This document shows, in pieces, positions 10,101 through 20,348 of a DNA stretch of 29,826 nucleotides (the first letter of the stretch is position 1; each line of letters opens with the position of its first letter). A program made the translations under genes and the position numbers. Source of the DNA: an uncultured Candidatus Peribacteria bacterium (GTDB lineage Bacteria > Patescibacteriota > Gracilibacteria > BD1-5 > JAGOOR01); contig CAYUVP010000001.1 in assembly GCA_964448195.1 (NCBI GenBank), positions 12,430 through 42,255 of the forward strand. The letters run 5' to 3'. The notes beneath the pieces were generated by a model that did no database searches, was not told the origin of the DNA, and was given only the letters and a program-made list of their open reading frames with translations.

Positions 10101-10142
10101 GTCTAACATCTGAGTTAGACTCTATAAAAATATTTCTATAAT
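10101..10142 (+). promoter_or_regulatory. crtI promoter with overlapping 7-6-7 palindrome (candidate operator)
   Basis: GTCTAAC-atctga-GTTAGAC at 10101-10120 overlaps a TAGACT -35-like hexamer. TATAAT at 10137-10142 lies 6 nt before ATG 10149. Confidence 0.5.
10129..10142. repeat. 14-bp direct repeat, copy 1 (AATATTTCTATAAT)
   Basis: Identical to 12852-12865. Confidence 0.8.
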
Positions 10143-10148
10143 AGGGCC

Positions 10149-11633
10149 ATGAAAAAGAAAATTGCCATTATTTGAGCAGGTCCAGGATGACTCTCGGCTG
10201 CTATGCTTCTCTCACAACAAGGTCACAAAATAGATATCTATGAAAAAGATACTATTATTGGTGGTCGTAATTCACGACTAACACTCGCCGAAAAATATCA
10301 CTTTGATGTTGGTCCAACTTTTCTTCTTATGAAGCCTTTTCTCGATGAAATATTTGAGAAAACAGGGAGAAAATCATCTGACTATATTGATTTTAGACAG
10401 GTCGATCCGATGTACGATCTTCACTTTGCAGATGTTTCTGTCTCAATGACAAGTGATCATCAGAAAATGCGTGCCACTATAGCAAAACTCTTTCCGGGAG
10501 AGGAAACATGATTCGATAAGTATCTCGCCTGTGAAGATAAACGCCTAGAAAAAATGTACCCTTGTCTTGACATGGACTATAGCAAGTTCTCGAGAATTAT
10601 AAAAAAGTGGAAACATCTCCTCGAAGTTATCCCCTATCTCTCGCTCGGTAAATCAATCTATCAGGTCTTGAGTGGATATTTCACAACAGAAGAGCTCAAG
10701 CTCTGTTTCACCTTCCAAGCTAAGTATCTCGGTATGTCGCCATGGAGCTGTCCAGGGTTTTTCTCGATGCTCGCCTATGCTGAGCACAAATACGGTATCT
10801 ATCATACAATAGGATGACTCTCTGAAATATCCGAGGCTATGGTAAAAGTAGCACAGGAAAATGGTGCCATTCTCCATCTCAAAACTCCAATTAAAAAAGT
10901 CATAACAAAGAATGGCGTAGCAACAGGTGTACAATTCGAAACAGGTGAAATAGAAGAGTATGACTCTGTTGTTGTCAACGCTGATTTCGGTACTGCTATG
11001 ACACAACTCTTCGATGAAAAAGATGTCCGAAAATATTCAGCAAAAAAACTTTCAAAAAAGGGATTTTCTTGTTCGACTTTTATGGTGTATTTGGCACTCG
11101 ATAAACTCTATAATCTCCCGTTTCACTCTATTTATTTTGCAAAAGAATATCGAGACCAGCTTGATAAAATCCATCACAACAAACCAATTGGAGACAAGGA
11201 TTTCTCATTTTATGTTCGTAACGCTTCGATTATCGATAAAACTCTCGCACCCGAGTGACACTCATGAATCTATATACTCATTCCTATGTCTAATCTCAGA
11301 TCTGGTGAATCATGGGAAGAATCACAAAATACTATATGGTATGAATCAGCTCTCAAAATGCTTGAGACACGTGCATGACTCAGTGATATCAGGAGTCACA
11401 TTGTTGCCTCTGAAACAATTAATCCAAAAGATTGGGAAAATCGTGGAGTTTATATGGGTGCGACTTTTAACCTCTCTCACAGTCTCAATCAAATGCTCTA
11501 TTTCCGACCTCGTAACGAATTTGAATGTATCAAGAACTGCTACCTCGTTGGAGGAGGCACGCATCCGGGAAGTGGACTTCCGACCATATATGAAAGTGCA
11601 AAAATAGTGGCAGGAATTATTGAGAAAGCATAA
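10149..11633 (+). CDS. crtI: Phytoene desaturase (CrtI/CrtN) family FAD oxidoreductase, 494 aa
   Basis: IAIIGAGPGGLSAA Rossmann motif (two TGA-Gly), IGGRN, FDVGPTFL, FQAKYLGMSPW, VVVNAD, SCSTFMVYL, GATFNLSH, QMLYFRP and YLVGGGTHPGSGLPTIYESA. The substrate cannot be assigned from sequence. Confidence 0.88.
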
Positions 11634-11638
11634 ATACC

Positions 11639-12853
11639 ATGTCTTTATTCTCCTTTTTCTGACTTATCTATCAGATATTTATAGACAAAATTCCAAATCT
11701 GGATTCTATTCGTCAGAAGTGACTTCTTGCAACAAAAATCTGACAACTCTATGCGCTTCGTGCTGATTTTATCGGTGTTGAACGAGCGAATATCCTCACA
11801 CAACTTTATGAGAAAAACTTCGATACGACAAAAATAAATACCCCCTATTCTTTTGAGGAGAATTTTCGGAATCAATTTGAATCAATAGATGGTGTAGCTT
11901 TTTCTGAAGCAAGTATAGGAAAGGTTTATGGTGCCAAATGGAAATGACGTGATGTAGTTATTAAAGTTATTAAATCTGATTTTCGAGAGAAATTTATCAC
12001 TGACGTGAATCGACTCAAAAAATATTTCAAATTCATGATTTTTTTCTATCCGAAACTCGCACGAGTGGCTGACCCTATTGGTACGCTCGAAGATCTCGAA
12101 CGCATGACGCTCTCTGAGCTCGACCTGAGGAATGAGATAAAAGGTGTCTCGGTGCTCAAAAAAACACTCGATAATCACAGAGATTTCATCAGAAAAACAG
12201 TATCACATGAGCTCACGTTTCCAGAATGTATCACGGAACTCTCAAGTGAAAAAATACTTGTCTCCGAACGATTAACTGGTTCATCTTTTCGAGAACTTCT
12301 TGATACTGGCACGCTTCCCTACCCTGTGCTCATCGATTTCTTTTTTCAGCATGTTTTCTGCATGCTCCTCGATGGTTATTTTCACGAGGATATCCATAGT
12401 GGTAATATTTTCTTCCAGGATAACAAAATATATCTCCTCGATAATGGTTCTATTGGTTTTGCCTCAGAAAAATTACGTCATGGACTGACAAGCTTCTTTT
12501 ATAATCTCACGCATGACAGAATAGCAGAATCAGCATTATCTCTCATCCTTATGGCAGAAAATTCTGAACGAAATAAACACAATTTTTCAAGGTATGAGAG
12601 AGACTTTTGTAAGCTCTACGGAGGTTTTTCAAATAAAACACTACGAGAGCTCTCACTCACACAACAAATGATGGCATCCATAAAGATGGCAGTCCACACT
12701 GGGTACACATTTGAACGTGGTATGTATCCGATTATCAAGAGTTTTATGTATCTCGATGGTATGGCAAGAACATGTAAACCAGACACAAAACTTATGGAGG
12801 ATGTACGACCTCTTATAGAACGTTTTTGCGAATATAGTTGATACAAAGCATAA
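11639..12853 (+). CDS. UbiB/ABC1/AarF-family atypical protein kinase-like ATPase, 404 aa
   Basis: KIGQ (KxGQ motif, Gly = TGA 11741-11743), EASIGKVY (A-rich loop), VVIKV, ELDLRNE, FHEDIHSGN and LLDNG. True stop TAA 12851-12853. Confidence 0.88.
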
Positions 12854-12865
12854 TATTTCTATAAT
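12852..12865. repeat. 14-bp direct repeat, copy 2 (AATATTTCTATAAT); contains a TATAAT upstream of obgE
   Basis: Identical to 10129-10142 and overlaps the kinase stop codon. Confidence 0.8.
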
Positions 12866-12890
12866 CACGGGGTTTTTTAAATAAGTCAAA

Positions 12891-14225
12891 ATGTTCATCG
12901 ATGCTGTAGACGTAAAATTCCGTGCAGGAAATGGAGGAAATGGAATCGTTTCTTGGAGACGTGAAGCCCGCATTGCCAAATGAGGTCCATTTTGAGGTGA
13001 TGGAGGGAGAGGAGGCGATCTCATTGTCATAGCTGATCCGAATATTAATACTCTCTCAGATTTTCGCTATGTAAAAGAAATCGCTGCAGAAGATGGTGAA
13101 CGTGGTGGAATACAACTCATGCATGGTGCTAATGCGTCAGATAAAATAGTCAAACTACCTGTCTGAACCCTTATTTATGACAAAGAAACAAATGAGCTGC
13201 TCCATGATCTCGCAAGAGAATGAGAAACGGTAAGACTCTGCGTAGGCGGTCGAGGGTGATATGGAAATGCTCACTTTGTTGCTGCCACACGTAGAAGCCC
13301 TTGTTTTGCTGAAAATGGAGATACTGGCACAAAAATCGCGGTACACCTCGAGCTCAAGCTCGTCGCAGATGTCGGTATCATTGGTATACCTTCTGCTGGT
13401 AAATCAACTCTCATTTCTTGTGTTACCTCTGTCAGACCAAAAATTGCAGACTATCCATTTACGACCCTCATCCCAAATCTCGGAGTCATGGAATATAAAG
13501 GTCAAAATATGGTACTCGAAGATGTACCCGGATTGATTCCTTGAGCACATAAAGGCGAAGGTCTAGGAATAGAATTTTTAAAGCACATAGAGCGTACTCG
13601 TGTTCTCTGTCATCTCCTCGATGCAGGAAAATATGAATGATGCATCACTGACTATGACGCTATTCGCAACGAACTAGCCCTTTTTAATCCAACAATGCTC
13701 GAAAAGGTAGAAGTAATAGTTCTCGCAAAATGCGATCTGCTCGATAGCGACATGGTAGAAGATCTCAAATCTCAGATAGAGAAAAAAACAGGGAAAAAAG
13801 TATTTCCTATTTCTGCACCGATTGGTGAAGGTCTCGAGGCTCTCCAAGATGAACTCATAAAACATATTACCAAAGTTTCCTCTGAGGTGAAAATTGATGA
13901 AAAGACGATTATTGACCTCCATGATAGAAGGGACGATAACGAATATGTCGTTACTCCTGAATGAAATTACACATACCGTGTAACTGGCATCCGTATAGAA
14001 CAAATTGTCCGTATGACACCAATGAAGTACCCTGAGGCAATTGATCGTGTCTGGGATGTCATGGATAAGAGAAAAATAACAAACGAAGTGATACGTTGTG
14101 TTATCCGTGAGTTACCAGAAGATGATGATAGAAAAAATCTCTGAGACACCTCGAGTCTTTGGTATACTATTGAATGAAAAATACTCATCGGTGACTGCGT
14201 ATTTCATTTTAGAGACTATAGGTAG
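12891..14225 (+). CDS. obgE: GTPase Obg/CgtA with C-terminal extension domain, 444 aa
   Basis: [56 protein letters not shown] and DVPGLI. C-terminal [15 protein letters not shown]. Ends TAG 14223-14225. Confidence 0.96.
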
Positions 14226-15689
14226 TTAAATCTTGCACACAATTCCATTGCACTGCATATTGCGCTCTAGAGACTTCCTGCAGAGTTTACCATGAACGAC
14301 ATCATAGATGTCTCATGGAGCTGGAGCAGTAATAGTTGTTTCTTTGAGGTTTTGGAGCTCTTTCATCCCTGATGTAAGTGCATCCATACCTTCCTTTTCA
14401 CCATGGACGAGAAATATCTGCTTTGGATTACCACAGTGTTCAGCAAATTCTAGGAGTCATTTACGGTCAGCATGTCCTGAAAAAGCGTTAAAAACAGCTA
14501 TCTGCATCTTCACTTTTTTGACTTCATCAAATATAGTCACCTCTGTAGCACCTTCGAGGAGTTTTCTTCCGAGAGTATTTTCTGCCATGAAACCAATAGC
14601 GAGAAGGAGATTTCTGCTATCTTCGATATTATTTGCTACATGATGAACAATTCGTCCATACTCTACCATGCCAGAGGCAGCAATTATGATAGCTGGATAG
14701 TTGATACGATCGAGGCCTTTTGATTCTTCGACACTTCGTACAAATCGTACCCCTTCTCCTTCGAGAAATGGGAAAAGTCCTTCATCTTTAGCTTCTAAAA
14801 CTTCTTGATCGAAACATTCGGGATGAATCTTGAAAATATCAGTCGCTCCAGTAGCAAGTGGTGAGTCTATGTAGATAGGGAGCTTCATGATTTTCCCTTG
14901 ATGCATCAAGAGCCTCAGGACGTAGAGGATTTCCTGCGTGCGCTCAACAGCAAATGCTGGGATAAATATTTTGCCTCCTCGATCGACAGTATCATTGATC
15001 ACTTTTGTGAGTTTTTCTTCTATTTGTGATATTTCATCATGAAATCTATTTCCGTAGGTAGACTCAGTAATCAGAATATCCAGATCTTTCAATTGAACAG
15101 GTTCACGGAGAATTGGGAGATGTTTACGTCCGAGATCACCGGTGAAGCCAAATCGAATATGTTCACCTGTTTCTTCATCATCGATTTCCCATTCTTCGAG
15201 AGCAGAACCGAGAATATGACCAGCATCATGAAAAGTCATAAATACGCCCGTATGAAGTGGGATTTTTTGTTCATAGCTTACTGATCGGAATTGCATAATA
15301 GCTGCTCTCGCGTCTTCTTCTGAATAAAGAGGCTCTATAGTTTTTCCCAGCTTACGTGAGAGATGCTCGGCATCATGAGTCTGTATACGTGCTGAATCCT
15401 GTAACATAATAGAGCAGAGATCTCGAGTAGCATGAGTACAATATATAGGTCCAGAATAACCATTTTTAACGAGAAGTGGGATAAGTCCTGCATGATCAAT
15501 ATGAGCATGTGAGAGGATCATAGCATCTATCTCATTTGTTTTGAGTGGGAGAAATCTATTTGCCTCATCAGATTCACGACGACGACCTTGAAACATGCCA
15601 CAATCAAGGAGAAATGTTTTGCCATTAGCACGGAGGATATGTTTTGATCCTGTCACAGTTTGTGCAGCACCGACGAATTCTAGTTGCAT
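14226..15689 (-). CDS. MBL-fold/beta-CASP ribonuclease (CPSF73/YSH1-like bacterial family), 487 aa
   Basis: VTGSKH, LLDCGMFQG, SHAHIDHAG, DAGHILGS, FTGDLG, TESTYG, AFSGHAD and FLVHGE. True stop TAA 14228-14226. Confidence 0.92.
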
Positions 15690-15715
15690 ACAGATGTTTT
15701 AAAAATAACATAAAT

Positions 15716-15744
15716 ATCCTATCAGATAATCGCCATGGTTGCAA
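15716..15744 (-). promoter_or_regulatory. Sigma70-type promoter for the beta-CASP gene
   Basis: Minus strand TTGCAA, 17 nt, TAGGAT, 26 nt before ATG 15689. Confidence 0.45.
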
Positions 15745-15789
15745 AGAAATGAAGACGACTTTATGAAAAATAATGTGAAAAAGAAATTT

Positions 15790-16884
15790 TTAAGACATTT
15801 TTCTCCAAAACTGACATTTTTCTGCACCATTCATGAGATTCTTTTTGTTCCAACCCTTTTCATTCTTTGGAAAAAAATCAACAGGAGTTATAACCCCACC
15901 AGTCAGAGCATTATTGAGAAATATTTTTTCGAGGTTTTCATATAATCATTCGAGGTTTTCATCTCATAGACGTTTTCCGTATGGAGGATTGGTAATCAGG
16001 TGAGCAGATTTTTCATAAGCGACATTTTGCATGTCTTCTTCACTAAATTTTATAGTATCAAGCACTCCTGCCCGTGAAGCATTTTGACAAGCAATATCAA
16101 TCATATATGGATTAGAATCACTTCAAAATATCTCATAAGATTTATCATATTTTTTCATACGTGCTTCATCGATGACTTGTTTATGAAACGGTAAATCGTA
16201 CCAAGGGAAATACAAATAATCAAATTCTCTATTGAGACCGGGAGCAACGTTTCTTGCTATCATAGCAGCTTCTATCAGAAGAGTACCGCTGCCACACATT
16301 GGATCATAGAGGGGGGTTCGGAATTTCCATCCACTGAATAATACGAGAGCAGCTGCGAGAGATTCTTTGAGAGGTGCCTCCCCTGCTTCAGTACGATATC
16401 AGCGCTTATGGAGAGCATCACCTGATGTATTTATGAGGACATGAAGCTCATTATTGACGAGAAGGAGAAATATCTCTATTGGATGAGAATGTTCATTTTC
16501 TTTCCAGTAATCATCCCCATTCATGAGGGATCGAATAATGGCTTTCTTACCGAGAGATTGCATGCTCGGGGTATGTGTGACGTTAGAGCGATTTGTCGTC
16601 GCTGAAACCAAGATAGGCGTACCTACAGGTATCCATGGCTTCCAATCAATTTCAGCTACAACAGCAAAAAGCATTTCCAATGATGTCACTTGTATTTTTT
16701 CAACCTCTATATAGATACGATTTGCTACGCGCGACCATATATTTGCCTTTGTGAGAGTCAACATATCACCCTTGAAGGCAACTAACCTATCCTGTCCGTA
16801 GGTTATTTGGATATCCTGGCGTTCTAGTTCACTTCTTACGAGAGACTCAACTCCGTTGATACAAGTTGCAAGAAAATTTGTCAT
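15790..16884 (-). CDS. THUMP-domain rRNA m2G methyltransferase (RlmL/YpsC-like), 364 aa
   Basis: INTSGDALHKRGYR, APLKESLAAAL, DPMCGSGTLLIEAAMIARNVAPGLNR and TNPPYGKRL. Confidence 0.92.
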
Positions 16885-16885
16885 A

Positions 16886-16913
16886 TTGACTTAAATTAAT
16901 TATATATTATAAT
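16886..16913 (+). promoter_or_regulatory. Near-consensus sigma70 promoter, probably leaderless
   Basis: TTGACT, 16 nt, TATAAT, then 6 nt to ATG 16920. Confidence 0.6.
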
Positions 16914-16919
16914 TTTATA

Positions 16920-17249
16920 ATGTTACTTTGCCCAGATCTCATACCGGAAGAAGAAATATTGAAAAGCTATGAAGCTGGAGAATTTACTTATTCAGACTTA
17001 ATGGAATATAATAGGAGAAGAGTTTCAGAAACAATAGACACAAGTGAAACTGTAGAGAGTTTAGTGAATGAACTAGAAAGGCAAGAATTACAAAGAACAA
17101 ATAAGGCGAGAAGGATAAAAATGACTGTACCAAAATCCTGAAGATGGAGGTTTATACGTATTGTCGAAGATTGGGATGACCCTTATGGTCAAAAAAAGTT
17201 GAAAATAATGCAATCACCTACTGGCAAATTTTTCTCTTTTCCTGCCTAA
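16920..17249 (+). CDS. Orphan hypothetical protein, 109 aa
   Basis: Open with one TGA-Gly up to TAA 17247-17249. It has its own promoter and fills the gap between the RlmL-like and DUF192 genes. No family recognised. Confidence 0.65.
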
Positions 17250-17680
17250 TTTAAACAATTGAGTGGTAATGAATCAAGATTCCACAGTGAACCATGATTT
17301 ACCTCTAAAACATACTGTGCTGGAGCTTTCGAATGATACATCATGGGATCTTTTGTTTCATTTTCTGGGCGCATATTTATAACTTTATCCACGAGGTTAT
17401 TATTTTTATCGTAAAAATATATATCAAGCGGAATAAGCGTATCTTTCATCCAAAAAGTCTGATTTTTTTCAGAGCGAAAGACAAAGAGCATACCACAATG
17501 AATACAGAGCTTTTTTCTTCACATGAGTCATTGTGCATATCATTTATTCGTATTGACGACTTCTAAATTCCACATACCAGATGATGTTGGTATGCGACAA
17601 TGGGTTTTGTGTCATTTCCAAAAAAGAAAAGAAACAAAAAAAATAAATAAGAGTGCGGCTAATAAGCTCAAAATCTTCAT
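17246..17680 (-). CDS. DUF192-family protein with N-terminal membrane anchor, 144 aa
   Basis: AQGLMGRK, GMLFVF, FWMKDTLIPLDIYF and YVLEVN. Start extended to ATG 17680 using TGA=Gly. Confidence 0.88.
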
Positions 17681-17687
17681 ATAAATC

Positions 17688-17753
17688 AATGTATCGTCAT
17701 TTTTAGAAGTTGCAAGAGCTTCTATTTGGATTTCCATAACTTATTTTTATAAT
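17688..17753. promoter_or_regulatory. Divergent promoters for DUF192 (-) and cysS (+), both probably leaderless
   Basis: Minus: TTGCAA (17715-17710), 16 nt, TACATT, 7 nt, ATG 17680. Plus: TTGGAT, 16 nt, TATAAT (17748-17753), 6 nt, ATG 17760. Confidence 0.5.
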
Positions 17754-17759
17754 CGGTCT

Positions 17760-19208
17760 ATGCTCTCAATCTACAATACACTTTCTCGAACAATCGAACC
17801 CTTTAAACCACTCAAAGAAAATAAGATAAAATTCTATGCCTGTGGTCCGACTGTTTATAACTACGCACATATCGGAAATCTGTGTTGCTACACTTTTGAA
17901 GACATCATAATTCGGTCTCTCAGATTTATCGGTTATGAAGTTGATGCCCTCATGAATCTCACAGATATTGATGATAAAACTATCCGTGACAGCCAAAAAG
18001 AACATTTACCATTAAAAGCTTTTACCGAACGTTATTCAGATTTATTTTTCGAAGATCTGAAGAAACTCGGGGTGATAAGCTTTGAGAGATTTAAACCTAT
18101 CTCAGAGCTCGTCCCTGAGATGATTAATATAACTCAAAAACTCATAGAAAAAAAACATGCGTATATAAGTGACGACGGCTCTGTTTATTTTGATATAAAG
18201 AGTTTCAAAAAATATGGCAACCTCGCTCATCTCGATACAAAAGGTATGAAAGCAGGAGCTCGGGTCAAACAAGATGAATATGAAAAAGAAAGTGTCAGTG
18301 ATTTTGCGCTCTGGAAATGATATGACGAGGCTGATGGTGAGAACTTTTGGGATGCACATTTTGAAACAAGTGAAGGGGAAAAACTTCTCAAAGGTAGACC
18401 TGGTTGGCACGTCGAATGTAGTGCATGCAACCTCTGGTGACATGGTGAACAGATAGATATTCATATGGGCTGATGTGATCTGATATTTCCCCACCATCAA
18501 AATGAGATAGCTCAAACAGAAGCAATTACGGGAAAGACTTTCTCTACCTATTGGATGCATACAGGCCACCTACTTGTCGATGGTAAAAAAATGAGCAAAT
18601 CACTCTGAAATGTTTATAGAATGAAAGACCTCGAAGAAAAATATCCTGACAGAAAGAATATTCTCTATCGTGCTTTTCGTATGATGTGTCTTCAAAATCG
18701 CTATCGTGAAAATTTCAACTTTACTTTTGAAAGATTGGAAGGTGCCATGACAACAGTTATCGGAATCGATAATTTTCTCAAGCGTCTCAAGACATATACC
18801 TCAAAAAATACAAAGATACGTAGAGAATTCCGTACAGCTATTCTGGAATCCATGCAAAATTTTGTACAAAGCCTGGAATCTGATATCGATACGGTCAATG
18901 CTCTCACTGAAGTTTTTACTCTCATTACAACAGTGAATAAAGATATGGATACTGGCTCATTTGGGACAAAAGAAGTTTGAACCGTCATAGACCTCTTGAA
19001 AAATTGGGATATGGTTATGGGTGTCGTTGATTGGTCACTCCTCGAAGATGCCATTATCCCAGAAAATATAACCACTCTCGCCCAGGACAGAATCGAAGCA
19101 AAAAAAAATAAAGACTACGCTCGTTCTGATGAGATAAGAAAAGAAATAGAAAATGCTTGATTTGTATTAATTGATACAAAAGAGGGCTTTGTTCTTGAAA
19201 AAAAATAA
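17760..19208 (+). CDS. cysS: Cysteine--tRNA ligase, 482 aa
   Basis: [57 protein letters not shown] and the anticodon-binding region ARSDEIR. Confidence 0.97.
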
Positions 19209-19210
19209 AT

Positions 19211-19810
19211 ATGTATCTCTTTGTTGACACTTTATCTTCCTCTAATTATCTCGCACTTTTTGATGAAAAGAGAATTATTATTGATTCGACAACGTGGATT
19301 GGTAAACAAAAAGAATTTGATATGCTTATCGAACAGATTGATTGTTTTTTGGCGAATAACAACCTCTCATATGAGAAACTTTCGGGCATAGTAGCAATTA
19401 TCTGACCTGGTGGTTTTACTGGAACAAGAATCACATCTCTTGCTATTAACTCTATTAATTTTAGTTTCAATACTCCTCTTTTTTCACTCACAGTGGGTGA
19501 TTTTTTCTCACTCCAAAATGCCCCACTTCCCTGGATAAGCCCACTTACAAAAAAAGAAGTAATAATTTGGGAAGAGAATATAGCAGAAAAATATAAAATC
19601 ATACCCATCGAAAATATCGAGAGCACAATTGTCTCTAGTCTCACATCTGTTGACTTCACCGACAGCAAGATTAGAATGATGCCAGCAAATAACTATACAA
19701 GCGTTATTAAAAATCTTTCGCTCCATAAAAAGGTAAAACGAATTCAACCTCTCTACGCAAAAGCTCCGAACATAACCCCTCAAAAAACCAATGCCTCACT
19801 CTGACTCTAA
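19211..19810 (+). CDS. tsaB: tRNA t6A biosynthesis protein TsaB (YeaZ)-like, 199 aa
   Basis: LFVDT, GPGGFTGTRI and C-terminal QPLYAKAPNIT. Confidence 0.8.
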
Positions 19811-20345
19811 TCTTGAAATAAATGGGAAGATTGTATGCGTATGAATCACGCTCGAAGCAAATGAACATCTTCATCTTGTTATACGAAAACATTGGATTAT
19901 TTTAGCACACACTCTGGCATTGCTTCTCCTGTTAATATGATTATGCGTTTGAGTCTACACGGTATGAGAGTTGTGACGTGTTCCAAGTGTATTTGTACTG
20001 ACAACTATGTTTGGTATGGTTATGATTGGAATTCAATACATATTTGTACACTGGGTCAACGATGAGCTCGATATTTTGATCCTCACGAATAGACGAATTA
20101 TAGCACTAGAACAAATCAAATTTCTCGATAGAAAACTCTCTCAGGCAAGTATCGATCAAGTGCAAGAAGTAAATGCTGCTACAACGGGTTTTCTCTGAAA
20201 TGTACTTCATTATGGTAGTCTCACTATACAGACAGCTGGTGATGCCTCTGATTTTCATCTCGACAAAATTAGCGAATCCCTCGAAAAATCTCATATTATT
20301 CATGGCTACATCGATGAATATCGCCAAAAAATAGAGAAAAAGTAA
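19791..20345 (+). CDS. Membrane-anchored bacterial PH-domain (bPH_2-like) protein, 184 aa
   Basis: LVIRKHW, two hydrophobic helices, then LILTNRRIIALEQ...IDQVQEV...GFLGNVLHYGSLTIQTAG. Confidence 0.75.
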
Positions 20346-20348
20346 ATT

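Noticed and set aside
15928-15962. 14-bp direct repeat TTCGAGGTTTTCAT with 21-nt period
   Set aside because: It is an in-frame 7-codon duplication within the methyltransferase (DENLEGL/YENLEKI). With only two copies it is not CRISPR-like.
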